64,000 nucleotides of DNA. It comes from an archaeon (GTDB lineage: Archaea > Nanobdellota > Nanobdellia > Woesearchaeales > GW2011-AR9). The translations under genes were made by a program, and so were the position numbers. The DNA is taken from NCBI GenBank assembly GCA_030704845.1, contig JAUYKZ010000002.1, forward strand, positions 15,385-79,384, given 5' to 3'. Each line of letters starts with the position of its first letter. Position 1 is the stretch's first letter. Below the pieces are notes generated by a model that saw only the letters and a program-made list of their open reading frames with translations, had not been told where the DNA came from and ran no database searches. Shown piece after piece: positions 1 to 9,565 of the stretch.

Positions 1-137
1 TTCTTAATAAAACTCTTATTGTTGAGGATGTAACGAGTAAAGTTAATTTAGAAACAGAGAGTTCTAAAAAGAAGAATGATATATTCACTTTAGGTGACTT
101 TGTTAAGGTTAGGAAGAGGGTTTAGATTGATTTGTTA

Positions 138-230
138 TATACTAAAGTGCCAAAGCTTTCGAACTTATTTTTGGCACTTTATATATATAAAATGCGTTAA
201 TATATTCGAAATCTAACGCATTTTAGTATA
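138..230 (+). mobile_element. MITE-like element, copy 1 (93 bp including flanking TA; 89-bp core)
   Basis: The same 93-nt string occurs at 6846..6938, inverted at 18986..19078 (1 mismatch), and with a nested insert at 52766..52949. Terminal inverted repeat is TACTAAAGTGC / GCATTTTAGTA. Two internal hairpins (AAAGTGCCAAA..TTTGGCACTTT and AAAATGCGTTA..TAACGCATTTT) are separated by TATATATA. Its right end supplies the last codons and stop of ORF 223..699. Confidence 0.85.
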
Positions 231-699
231 TTAAGAAATAGTATGTAATCCCTCCCAAAACCAACCCCACAATAACATCAATCCAATCGTGTTTTTTAAG
301 ATATATTCTAGAATAAGATACGGTAGCAGCTATTATTAAAAACAGTACCGTTATAATTCTATCTTGAAAATAATTAGCTAGAGTTAAGGTTAAAAATAAA
401 ATTCGAGCAGCATGAAGGCTTGGAAATGAGGAAGCATCTAACCGTTCTAATAGATTGTTATAACTTTGTTTTAACGGTCTATTTTTGAAATAAATCAAGC
501 GAGTAACTACAACTACAAACAGCGTAATCAGAAATCCGATTAAGAGATCTTGAAATAACCGATACTCTTTTAAAGAAATTGCTACCAGTATTATTAGGAC
601 GAAGAATGGTGCTCCGCCCAAAGCGGTTATATCCCTAAACAAAGTATTAATTCCTTTAGCTATTGTTCTTTTAAATTTAAAATCTTTTTTCTTCTTCAT
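223..699 (-). CDS. PAP2-family lipid phosphatase (undecaprenyl/dolichyl-diphosphate phosphatase-like)
   Basis: 158 aa and multi-TM. PAP2 motifs present: FKNRP, FPSLH and SRIYLKKHDWID (SRx5Hx3D). The C-terminal IY-stop is encoded by the MITE end. Confidence 0.7.
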   Translation of the reverse strand: MKKKKDFKFKRTIAKGINTLFRDITALGGAPFFVLIILVAISLKEYRLFQDLLIGFLITLFVVVVTRLIYFKNRPLKQSYNNLLERLDASSFPSLHAARILFLTLTLANYFQDRIITVLFLIIAATVSYSRIYLKKHDWIDVIVGLVLGGITYYFLIY

Positions 700-1418
700 T
701 GAAGTTTAAAGAAAGTTTGTTGAGTATTTAATATTGTCGAACATTCTTCAGGAGATTCTTTTTCAAGGCCATCCAATTTGCCACAAATATCTTTCATTAA
801 TTCTTCGGTGGTTGTATGTCCTTGGAAGACAGAATTTTCTATAACTACGGATGGAAACTGCTCTATTTTATGTGACGTTAGAAGTATATCAATTAATGGC
901 TCATCTTTAAAATTTGAATCAAAAGAGAATACTAAGATTCTGTCTTCAAATATCTTTTTTATATAATCTAAAATTTGTCCCTGGGTATCAAATTCATCTT
1001 CGTTATAAAAATAAATGATTTTTAAGCTATCTTGAGAACATTTCTTGTCAATTTCTTGAGATAGAAGCATGAACTGAATCTCTGTAAGAAAATAATCTTG
1101 AAGTTGTAATCTCAATTCTTCTTGATTAAATACCGCGTTTTTGTTATAATCTATTACTCGTCCCATTTTCTTTGTTAGCTGGAAGGTATTAGATTCCAAA
1201 ATCTTGTTAAGAGTCTCACAATCGGCTAATCCGCTATCGATATATCTCTGTTGCAATTGTAAGCTTTGAAGGTTAGCTTTCTCTTCAAGAATCATTTTTT
1301 CGGAATAACTTAACCTTAAATCTTCAAAAAACATGCCAACAAAAATACCTACACTAAACACAACTATTGTGAGTATTAACGCTAAGGCATATTTTTTGCT
1401 ACTAACTTTTCTTTCCAT
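696..1418 (-). CDS. hypothetical N-terminally anchored protein
   Basis: Track ORF is 696..1475. The more likely start is MERKVSS at 1418, just after the stop of the upstream GT2 gene. One N-terminal TM helix followed by a soluble domain. No motif recognised. Confidence 0.5.
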   Translation of the reverse strand: MERKVSSKKYALALILTIVVFSVGIFVGMFFEDLRLSYSEKMILEEKANLQSLQLQQRYIDSGLADCETLNKILESNTFQLTKKMGRVIDYNKNAVFNQEELRLQLQDYFLTEIQFMLLSQEIDKKCSQDSLKIIYFYNEDEFDTQGQILDYIKKIFEDRILVFSFDSNFKDEPLIDILLTSHKIEQFPSVVIENSVFQGHTTTEELMKDICGKLDGLEKESPEECSTILNTQQTFFKLQ

Positions 1419-1420
1419 AG

Positions 1421-2686
1421 TTAAAACCAGAAATTTTTCTTTCTCCTTATAAGCATATAGGCAATGTAGACCCATACTGAAGTAAGGAATAATGAGTAAA
1501 TTAAAAGGTATGTTACTAACGAGATCCAGGTTTTACCATAATTGGTAATCTTCTCCTGTACCAGTTGAAATGATTTAATCATCACAAAGAAGCTGATGCA
1601 TAATAAGGTTCCAGCAATTACTAATTTAAAGAAAGGTAATCCTAACCAGTTAATATCAATAGATGCATGTTTGATAAGTGTGAAGACATCAAAATGTACA
1701 TCTCTTAGAGCTTGGAATAAACGCACAATTCCTCTAATCAAAGAATGTCCTACAGTTAAACCCAAGACGATAGCAATAATTCCGCTAAAGATGATTGTTG
1801 GCATTCTTACCATCCCAAAATCGCCATATTTTTTATTAAACAGAAGTTCTCGATAAACAATTGTATTATCTACCGAACCTTTATACCATCTAACTCTCTG
1901 TCTGAATAAAGCTTTCCAGGAGTTTGGAGCAACAGTTTCAACAATGGTATCAAAACTTTGAAGAATTTTATATTGGTTCTTTTGTAATCTAATCGCAATT
2001 TCTAAATCTTCGGTAATTGTTTTTTCATTAAATCCGCCCAATTTCTGAATGACTTCCGTTCGATAAACACTGAATGGTCCGGGCGTAACGTGAATACAAT
2101 GTAATCTGGCGTTAAGATATTTATAATACATATTTATGATATACTCACACCATTGAACTTTTTGAAGTATTGATTTAGGTTTTTGTACTTTTAAAACTGG
2201 ACAGATGGCTGCAACTTCATCATCAGTTTCTAATTCTGGTAACATTACTTGAAGTGCATTTGATGCTACAAAGGAATCAGCGTCCAAACAAGCGAAGTAT
2301 TTACCTTTAACTATAGCTAATCCTTTATTCATAGCACTTCCTTTTCCTTTATTATTTTGATTAAGAAGGGCGATATTATAATCTGGATGTTCTGTTATAA
2401 ATTTCTCGACAATTGCTTGAGTGTTATCTTTTGAACCATCATTGACAACAACAATCTCTCTCTTATCTTTTGGATAATCCAAGTTGATTAAAGAGTTTAA
2501 TGTTGCTCCAATAGACTCTTCTTCATTATATGCGGGTACGATTGCGCTAAAGAAAGGATATGAATCTAATTTTTTATTCTCTTTTTTCTCATCTGTAAAA
2601 AAAAGTACTAATAACCAAAAGATTGATAGGAACAGGAGACAAAAATATGTCACGAAAAGTACTCCATCCAGAAATGTTATATTCAT
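1421..2686 (-). CDS. family-2 glycosyltransferase, processive (QxxRW) type
   Basis: Motifs PAYNEE, VVNDGSKDNT, DADS and QRVRWYKG, plus N- and C-terminal TM helices, as in PgaC/chitin-synthase-like GT2 enzymes. Confidence 0.75.
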   Translation of the reverse strand: MNITFLDGVLFVTYFCLLFLSIFWLLVLFFTDEKKENKKLDSYPFFSAIVPAYNEEESIGATLNSLINLDYPKDKREIVVVNDGSKDNTQAIVEKFITEHPDYNIALLNQNNKGKGSAMNKGLAIVKGKYFACLDADSFVASNALQVMLPELETDDEVAAICPVLKVQKPKSILQKVQWCEYIINMYYKYLNARLHCIHVTPGPFSVYRTEVIQKLGGFNEKTITEDLEIAIRLQKNQYKILQSFDTIVETVAPNSWKALFRQRVRWYKGSVDNTIVYRELLFNKKYGDFGMVRMPTIIFSGIIAIVLGLTVGHSLIRGIVRLFQALRDVHFDVFTLIKHASIDINWLGLPFFKLVIAGTLLCISFFVMIKSFQLVQEKITNYGKTWISLVTYLLIYSLFLTSVWVYIAYMLIRRKKNFWF

Positions 2687-4086
2687 TTAAAGGCCCACAC
2701 CTCACTTTGACCGTAAGACCGAATAAATTTAAACCTTTCGTTTTGAAGTAAATAAATTAAACCTTGTTCAGTTGGCAGATCCTCTCGCATACGTTTTGGG
2801 ATATATATATATGACACCTTACTTTTTTCTAATAATGGGAATGCTTCGGTTACATATAATGAAGTGAGTATTTCTTTTGATATCTTTTCGGATTTAAGGT
2901 TCTCATGTAAAGAAGCATAGGCTTCTCTTTCTGCGAAAAAATTGATTTGAGTAGCATATTCCGGAGATGAAAAAATAATTGCATCTTGGGGGGTATTATC
3001 CTTAATCCAATTCAATACTTTAATATCTTCTACTGTTGGTCCAACATTACCAATACGCTCAAGATAAGTTGTTGCAGAAAAAAGTATACCTAGGACAAGT
3101 AGAAAAATTGTAAAGGCTTTAAGATTCTTAATTTCCCACGGTCTTTCGCTAATCTTTAATAAGCCGGCCGTTGCGAAATAAAGTAAGATTATCGTAAGGG
3201 TAAGAAGAATGGCTTGATTGAGAATATAAGTCAGTGTCAAAAGAACAAGAAGTAGATATTGTTCCAGTTCGGCTTTTTTCTTCCAGAGTACTGAAATTCC
3301 TACGGCTGCAAGAAGAATTATAAAAACACTTAACCCACTTACACTTCCTAAATCAGAGAATAATCTTAATAAGCTTGGATCTTGTTGGAATGGTCCTAAG
3401 ATGAATGGTCGTCTAAATATCACAGCTTGAATTATGGCGATTCCTCCTAGAAGAACACCGTAAAATTTCATGTATTCTTGTATTTTCTTCTTGCTGTGAA
3501 GATATAGATATAATAATCCTAAGAGAAGAATCGTGCTAAATGTATCAATAAATGTAACTAAGATAAATGAAGTTAATGAAAGTCTTTGATATCCTTTCTT
3601 CATAAAGACGAATCCCGTACAAATCAGAATAATCAAAAACATCTGTGAAGATAAAGTGTTGGCTCTAAAAAGAAATACTGGAGATGTTACCAGAAATAAG
3701 AAAAATAAATACCTGAATTTATCAGTAATTGAGATATATAATGAAGCAAAATATAATGCCGTCACAAAGATGATAGATAATAAAAATGGCAAAGATTGTA
3801 AGACTATGTCTGGAAGCAATAGGACTATTGATAATGGTGCATATTGGAAATTTCTCCATCCCAAATTTTTAGCTTCGTTAAGGTGATAATAAGTCTCACT
3901 GCCAATTAAAGTTACTGAATCGCCTTGCGAGGTCATTCCGAGGGTAATTCCGAGAAGAATAATTGTTAATGTAAGAATATACCATAACTGATGTTTAAGA
4001 ATATGTTGGAAAATATCTTTAATCTCAAATTCTGCTTTTTTGGTATTCTTTATTTGTTGTTTTTTCATTGTTTTTCTAGTGTGCAT
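2683..4086 (-). CDS. polytopic membrane protein, divergent AglB/STT3-like
   Basis: More than 10 hydrophobic helices. The first loop GSETYYHLNEA resembles the STT3/AglB DxD-YYH loop. The C-terminal VLNWIKDNTPQDAIIFSSPEYATQI aligns by eye with the ENTP.DA..SWWDYG region, but WWDYG is not conserved. Probable start at 4068 (ATGA overlap with the upstream stop). Confidence 0.4.
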   Translation of the reverse strand: MHTRKTMKKQQIKNTKKAEFEIKDIFQHILKHQLWYILTLTIILLGITLGMTSQGDSVTLIGSETYYHLNEAKNLGWRNFQYAPLSIVLLLPDIVLQSLPFLLSIIFVTALYFASLYISITDKFRYLFFLFLVTSPVFLFRANTLSSQMFLIILICTGFVFMKKGYQRLSLTSFILVTFIDTFSTILLLGLLYLYLHSKKKIQEYMKFYGVLLGGIAIIQAVIFRRPFILGPFQQDPSLLRLFSDLGSVSGLSVFIILLAAVGISVLWKKKAELEQYLLLVLLTLTYILNQAILLTLTIILLYFATAGLLKISERPWEIKNLKAFTIFLLVLGILFSATTYLERIGNVGPTVEDIKVLNWIKDNTPQDAIIFSSPEYATQINFFAEREAYASLHENLKSEKISKEILTSLYVTEAFPLLEKSKVSYIYIPKRMREDLPTEQGLIYLLQNERFKFIRSYGQSEVWAFK

Positions 4087-5531
4087 TTTGCCTTATAAAT
4101 TATTGTTTCGTTTCTGTAAACTTGTTCAAAACATTCTGAAGTTAAGTATTTAAATTGTTTAAGATCATATTTCTTTTGAGCAAAAGGAGTTAACATTAGG
4201 TATGTTATTTTATGCTCATCTAATGAATGTAAAGCTCTAGTTTCGAAGGATGTTGAATATAATGAATTTAAATCTTGAAATCGTAATTCTGCATTATCAA
4301 TAAGAGCAAATTGGCTATCCATGATATTTCTTCGTTGTCCATAATATGTTAACAAATTACCTTCTTCCAATGTTGCTAAAACTCCTGCGTCAGGCGGAGT
4401 ATTTTTTGCAATCCATTGGAAAGCAGAAATCTCCTCGGCTGTTGGCACTTCCTGATTAAAAGCATTATTCACTGCAGGAATAGTAATACTTGGGATTAAA
4501 ACGATTAAAAAAATTAAAGCTATAACTCTTTGTTTATTGATAAATTTTGTTTTTTGTAAAAATCCAACAGTTTGAGAATAAAATGAGGCAAAGATTGTTG
4601 CTAGAATAATTCCAAAAAACGCTAAAGAAAGAAAGAATGGAATAACTTTTAACCACGCTAACAAGGTAGTTGAAATTGCAAAACTAATCAAAAGAAATGA
4701 TTTCTGATTTTTTAATTGAAATAAAGCTAGATAAACCGTAAATATCCCCGCTAGGAATGGTATAACGCTGATTAAAACTAATACCTGAATAATCGAAAAA
4801 GTTGGGAAATATTCGGCAACAATCTGAGGCGGAATATTTTGCCAAATGAAACTAAATCCTTCTTTAATCAAGACCTCTTTAAAGAAAATAAACTGTGACC
4901 AAGTATAAAAGAATAATGAGAATAGTATCAATTCTATCTCATATTTCTGAATTTTCTTTGCTTCGAGAAGGGATAATAATAGATAAATGCCAAAACCGAT
5001 TATCAGCAGAAATGTCGCACTACTTGTAAGGGTAGCAAGAAGAAACGAAATCAAATAAAGATTTGTTTTTTTCTCCATAAATGCATAAATAGTTAGAAAA
5101 ATAAGTGGTAAAAATAATGATGTTGTAGTAAAACTGTTAGTCATGAATGTAATCGGAAGAAAGGCGGCAATAAATGCGGCAATAATTGCGCCGGTTTCAT
5201 TTTTTGAAATTTTTAATCCCATTAAATATACAATCGGGACGATCAATACCAGGAAAATGTTTGGCAAGACTTTAGCAACTATTCCTAGCGGAAGTATCAT
5301 AGAAATGGCTGCCACAATATAATGAAACAATGGGAGAAATCGTAATTCTCTTCCGCCGTATGATAATGCATCATAAAATAACGGAAATCCGGTTTCTTGG
5401 ATATGTTCAACTTGTTTTATGTGAAAATAAGATTCATGGGTTAATTCGGGAATTGTAAACGCTAGATATAATCTAATGGCAAGGGTAACTATAACAATCA
5501 GCGTAATCCAAATTATGCTTTTATTTTTCAT
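4065..5531 (-). CDS. polytopic membrane protein, divergent AglB/STT3-like (paralog of 2683..4086)
   Basis: 488 aa and many TM helices. First loop is THESYFHIKQVE. C-terminal FQWIAKNTPPDAGVLATLEEGNLLTYY parallels the neighbour and the AglB WWDYG region without the motif. Confidence 0.4.
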   Translation of the reverse strand: MKNKSIIWITLIVIVTLAIRLYLAFTIPELTHESYFHIKQVEHIQETGFPLFYDALSYGGRELRFLPLFHYIVAAISMILPLGIVAKVLPNIFLVLIVPIVYLMGLKISKNETGAIIAAFIAAFLPITFMTNSFTTTSLFLPLIFLTIYAFMEKKTNLYLISFLLATLTSSATFLLIIGFGIYLLLSLLEAKKIQKYEIELILFSLFFYTWSQFIFFKEVLIKEGFSFIWQNIPPQIVAEYFPTFSIIQVLVLISVIPFLAGIFTVYLALFQLKNQKSFLLISFAISTTLLAWLKVIPFFLSLAFFGIILATIFASFYSQTVGFLQKTKFINKQRVIALIFLIVLIPSITIPAVNNAFNQEVPTAEEISAFQWIAKNTPPDAGVLATLEEGNLLTYYGQRRNIMDSQFALIDNAELRFQDLNSLYSTSFETRALHSLDEHKITYLMLTPFAQKKYDLKQFKYLTSECFEQVYRNETIIYKAKCTLEKQ

Positions 5532-5747
5532 GCCTCAGTCAGAGAAATTACCAGTATTTATAAATATTCAGAAGATTCGTTGATTACTTCCGCTGGGTCT
5601 CATACCTCGCAGTTATACTGCGATGCGATTAGACCCAAGGAACGTACCAAAAACTAAATATTAATTCATACCCTAAAGTTCTGCTCCGATTGGTTTTTTG
5701 ATTTAATCTTCGAAATCTTTAAATGAAGAAGTCCTTACAATCTGATT

Positions 5748-6422
5748 ATGGGAAAAATATCTACGGGTTCTTCTTCATTAGACCTCTTTTTGCAAGGGGG
5801 TTATGATGATGATATCATTACTACAGTTTATGGAACATCTGGAGCTGGCAAAACAAATCTCTGTTTATTGGCTGTGGTGAAAGTTGCTGAATCTGGTAAG
5901 AAAGTAATATTCATTGATACGGAAGGCGGTATTGCTATTGAAAGAATTAAACAATTGAGCAACAATTTTCATCAGGTTTTGGAGAACATTATTTTTTTCC
6001 ACCCGGTAAATTTTGAAGAACAAAAAGAAATCTTTGAAGGGATACGTAGTCTAATCACAGACAACGTGGGATTAATTGTGGTTGATTCTATTTCTATGCT
6101 TTATCGTCTTGAATTAGGAAGAAGCGAAGAAGTTTATGAGGTGAATTCTTCATTAGGGAAACAAATCGGAGTCTTGGTTGAGATTTCTAGAAGAAGAAAG
6201 ATTCCCGTACTTTTGACAAACCAGGTGTATGCTGATTTTGATAAAAGAGATCAAGTAAAGATGGTTGGTGGCGATTTGTTAAAATATGGGAGTAAATGTC
6301 TGTTAGAGTTGCAACGTTTTGAAAATTGTCGAGGGATAATTTTAAGGAAACATCGCTCGATGCCGGAAGGTATAGAATTCAAGTTTAAGATAATTGAGAA
6401 AGGAATTGAGGTTGTTGACTGA
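5748..6422 (+). CDS. radB: RadB (RadA/Rad51 paralog) recombinase-like ATPase
   Basis: 224 aa. STGSSSLDLFLQGG start, Walker A GTSGAGKT and Walker B-like LIVVDSIS. No N-terminal HhH domain, as expected for RadB. A CGAAATCTTTAAAT BRE/TATA-like box lies about 25 nt upstream of the ATG, suggesting a leaderless transcript. Confidence 0.75.
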   Translation: MGKISTGSSSLDLFLQGGYDDDIITTVYGTSGAGKTNLCLLAVVKVAESGKKVIFIDTEGGIAIERIKQLSNNFHQVLENIIFFHPVNFEEQKEIFEGIRSLITDNVGLIVVDSISMLYRLELGRSEEVYEVNSSLGKQIGVLVEISRRRKIPVLLTNQVYADFDKRDQVKMVGGDLLKYGSKCLLELQRFENCRGIILRKHRSMPEGIEFKFKIIEKGIEVVD

Positions 6423-6447
6423 GTTATTTAAGTATGTAAACTAATTA

Positions 6448-6774
6448 TTAAAGTCGCCTTTGCAATTCTGGTTGTAATCTGTCGTAATGTAAACGTAATT
6501 CTTCTCTTAATTCTTCAACAATATATCCCACTTTATCAAATTCATTTCCATACTTTAGACAAAGTTCTGTAACTTCTGGTTGAAAATTCTGGGTATAGGG
6601 GATATTCATATATGCTTTTGTAATTTCTCTTATATTTCCCTCTAATCCTAATACGAATCTATCTATCCTTGCAGATTGTTCAGGGGTAATATCACTTGGG
6701 TTTGTATCCATAGTGCGGATTGTTGAAGGTTGGGTATTTAAATCTTTCGGCAGTTTACTACCTGAAAGAAACAA
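6448..6774 (-). CDS. hypothetical protein
   Basis: 108-aa ORF with no overlapping better ORF. No motif recognised. Confidence 0.35.
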   Translation of the reverse strand: MFLSGSKLPKDLNTQPSTIRTMDTNPSDITPEQSARIDRFVLGLEGNIREITKAYMNIPYTQNFQPEVTELCLKYGNEFDKVGYIVEELREELRLHYDRLQPELQRRL

Positions 6775-6845
6775 CTCCCCTTTTGTCCGATATCTTTATA
6801 AATAGGCCTTATTGATAACCTTAAAAAGCCGAGATATATCCGTTG

Positions 6846-6938
6846 TATACTAAAGTGCCAAAGCTTTCGAACTTATTTTTGGCACTTTATATATATAAAA
6901 TGCGTTAATATATTCGAAATCTAACGCATTTTAGTATA
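6846..6938 (+). mobile_element. MITE-like element, copy 2
   Basis: Identical over 93 nt to 138..230. Flanked by TA. Confidence 0.85.
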
Positions 6939-7071
6939 GGATGTATGAAACTGCATGAGGCAAAAAAAAATGCAGTCTTAGAAATAATTCTTAGACTCCA
7001 TTTTTGAGCATGTTTATCGGTATCAAAAAATACGGACAAGAGTTAATTCTTGTTCTGTGGGAGCATAAAAT

Positions 7072-7677
7072 ATGGCAGAGACAGCAGAAGATTTACTATT
7101 GGACTCTAATGAATATCTTAAAAGTGGTATTCACATTGGAACTAAATTTAAAACAAAATATATGGCCAATTTCATCTACAAAACAAGACCGGATGGATTA
7201 AGCGTATTAAATTTAAAGAAAATCGATGAACGAATCAGGGTAGCTATTGAATTTCTTTCTCATTACGAACCGCAAGATATTCTTGTTGTAAGTAGACGTG
7301 AAAACGGTTGGAAAGCTCTTAAGAAACTTTCAACTTTAACCGGGATGAAAGTAATTACTGGCAGATATCCTCCTGGAATTTTAACTAATCCAAATTTAAG
7401 TACATTCACTGAACCAAAAGTGATGGTTGTTTGTGATCCTTGGCCGGACAAAAATGCCGTTGAAGATGCGGCAAGAGTTGGTGTGCCGGTAATCGCATTA
7501 TGTGATACTAACAATCAGTCAAATAATATCGATTTGGTAATCCCTTGTAACAATAAAGGTAAAAAATCAGTTGGAATGGTGTTTTACTTAATCGCTCGGG
7601 ATTACATGAAACGAAAAGGATTACTTCGGGGAGATGAGGAAATGCCTGCAGTGATCGATGACTTTACTGAGGAATAG
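7072..7677 (+). CDS. rps2: 30S ribosomal protein uS2 (archaeal type)
   Basis: 201 aa. YLKSGIHIGTKFKTKYMANFIY..RPDGLSVLNL and VVCDPWPDKNAVEDAARVGVPVIALCDTNN are typical of archaeal/eukaryotic S2. Confidence 0.9.
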   Translation: MAETAEDLLLDSNEYLKSGIHIGTKFKTKYMANFIYKTRPDGLSVLNLKKIDERIRVAIEFLSHYEPQDILVVSRRENGWKALKKLSTLTGMKVITGRYPPGILTNPNLSTFTEPKVMVVCDPWPDKNAVEDAARVGVPVIALCDTNNQSNNIDLVIPCNNKGKKSVGMVFYLIARDYMKRKGLLRGDEEMPAVIDDFTEE

Positions 7678-7678
7678 G

Positions 7679-8359
7679 ATGAGTGAAGATAATCACGATT
7701 TTGAACAGGTAGGGGAAGAACCTACTTGGTACGAAGTTGTTGGACGAATGGGTGGCAACATTGGTTCTTTTATTTATCAGAGTTTTAAAAAAGTAGTAAA
7801 GCCAATAGGCGAATTTGCTGTTGGTTGGACCTCTGGTGGAATAATATTTCCTCTTCTTGGTCCTTACGCATTTCGTAGAGATAGTTATTATGATAAATTT
7901 AAAGAGAAGATAGAAAACCAGACAGCTGATAACGATATTACCTTATATAAAAATGAAAAGATAGGGGAAGTAACTGGATTATTATCCTCTGTTGTTGGTT
8001 ATGTTACCTTAATTTATTATTGTAGTAAAGATACAGTTGATGGTAAAGTTGATCCAGACTTAACTTATGTTCCATTACTACCATTAGCAACCAACGCTTT
8101 ATCTTTCCTATACGAAATAGGGAGGAAATCCTTCCAAGCAACTAAACAGGAACTTATTGCAGAAAATAAAGAACGTGTTGCATTAAAGGAACCAATGAAT
8201 CCGATAAATGGTTTAAGTTATCCAACCGACTATTCTCTAGATGAGCAATTAAGCATCACAACAAATGCTAGACCAATTCTTGAAAGATTGCGTGAAGATC
8301 ATTCACTGGAAGGCAAAGTTGGTTATAGCCATAAACAAACCGAATCAACAACAGGCTAA
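7679..8359 (+). CDS. hypothetical membrane protein
   Basis: Track ORF is 7658..8359. The ATG at 7679 follows a GAGGA box and the rps2 stop. Hydrophobic segments present. No motif recognised. Confidence 0.4.
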   Translation: MSEDNHDFEQVGEEPTWYEVVGRMGGNIGSFIYQSFKKVVKPIGEFAVGWTSGGIIFPLLGPYAFRRDSYYDKFKEKIENQTADNDITLYKNEKIGEVTGLLSSVVGYVTLIYYCSKDTVDGKVDPDLTYVPLLPLATNALSFLYEIGRKSFQATKQELIAENKERVALKEPMNPINGLSYPTDYSLDEQLSITTNARPILERLREDHSLEGKVGYSHKQTESTTG

Positions 8360-8365
8360 TTTTAA

Positions 8366-9559
8366 ATGTCTATTTACGAACCGGCGGAAGATTCCTACCT
8401 TCTTGAATCATGTATCCGAGAATATGCTATTGGTAGAGTTCTTGACATCGGTACGGGTTCAGGAATCCAAGCTATGATGGCTGCGAGTTCTCCTAAAGTA
8501 AGGGAAGTTGTTGCGGTTGATATTAATGAAGAAGCAATAGGACAGCTCAAAGAAAAAAATGTTCCAAAAATAAAACCCGTAATAAGTAATCTTTTTGAAA
8601 ATGTTGCCGGCAAATTTGATTTGATAATTTTTAATCCACCTTACCTTCCCCAAGATGAAGGAATTGAGGATCAAGCTCTTTATGGTGGTAAAAGGGGATG
8701 GGAAATTATTAACCGTTTCTGCAATGAGGTTACTAAATATTTAATGGCAGATGGAAAAGTTCTTCTTTTGTTTTCTACATTAACAAATAAATCTAGGGTT
8801 GAAGAAATTTTAGAAAATAATCTTCTTGATTGGAAACAAATAGCTTCGGAGAAAATTTCTTTTGAAGAGTTATATGTCTATGAAATTAGCAAATCTATTT
8901 TGCTAAGAAAATTAGAATCACAAAATGTTGAAGATCTCCATTTTTTTGCAAAAGGCAAACGCGGGATTATTTATAAAGGCATGCAAGACAAAAATACATT
9001 TATCAAAACTCATCTGCCATCTGGAAAAAAAATAATTCCGGTTGCAGTTAAAGTTGAAAGAAAAGATTCAGATGCTCGGAATAGAATTCAAAATGAAATA
9101 AATTGGTTAAAGGTGCTCAATGCTAAAGGTATTGGACCCAAGTTATTATTTCACGAATCAAATTTTTTTATTTATGAGTTTGTTGATGGAGAAGAGATTA
9201 TACCTTGGATAAAACATTCAAACAAAGAAGATATCGTTGTTGTACTAAAAGATCTTATTCAGCAATGTTATGTTCTTGATGAATTAAAAGTTACCAAAGA
9301 AGAAATGCATCATCCTCTAAAACATATTTTGGTTAGATCAGATCATAAACCGGTTTTGATTGATTTTGAAAGATGTCATAATACTGATAATCCTAAAAAT
9401 ATAACCCAATTTTTAGAGTTTTTAGCAAGATTAAATGCTGATTTAATTGTGAGGGGCATCAAGTTAGATCCCGAAATTATCCGTAGTTTAGCTAGTGAAT
9501 ATAAAGATAATCAAAGCAACCAAATCATAGAAAAAATTATAAACCAACTCTTTTCCTAG
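8366..9559 (+). CDS. HemK/Mtq2-like N5-glutamine methyltransferase fused to a Bud32/RIO-like kinase-fold domain
   Basis: N-terminal half has YEPAEDSYLL, LDIGTGSG and the NPPYLP motif. C-terminal half has G-loop-like AKGKRGIIYKG, VAVKVERK and LIDFERC, but the catalytic loop reads HHPLKH, with no Asp. Confidence 0.6.
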   Translation: MSIYEPAEDSYLLESCIREYAIGRVLDIGTGSGIQAMMAASSPKVREVVAVDINEEAIGQLKEKNVPKIKPVISNLFENVAGKFDLIIFNPPYLPQDEGIEDQALYGGKRGWEIINRFCNEVTKYLMADGKVLLLFSTLTNKSRVEEILENNLLDWKQIASEKISFEELYVYEISKSILLRKLESQNVEDLHFFAKGKRGIIYKGMQDKNTFIKTHLPSGKKIIPVAVKVERKDSDARNRIQNEINWLKVLNAKGIGPKLLFHESNFFIYEFVDGEEIIPWIKHSNKEDIVVVLKDLIQQCYVLDELKVTKEEMHHPLKHILVRSDHKPVLIDFERCHNTDNPKNITQFLEFLARLNADLIVRGIKLDPEIIRSLASEYKDNQSNQIIEKIINQLFS

Positions 9560-9565
9560 TTCACC

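Noticed and set aside
778-966. Track ORF antisense to 696..1475. Similar shadow ORFs occur at 1596..1856, 2484..2690, 3656..3886, 7263..7514, 8395..8674, 11906..12217, 12920..13120, 13258..13458 and 14270..14524.
   Set aside because: Each lies entirely inside a longer ORF on the opposite strand that has recognisable motifs. Their low-complexity composition is typical of antisense frames in AT-rich DNA.
7004-7201. 65-aa ORF overlapping the start of rps2 in another frame; also 8265..8477, 12761..12943, 17349..17537 and 42387..42587
   Set aside because: They are short, overlap the starts or ends of well-supported genes or repeat elements, and contain no motifs.
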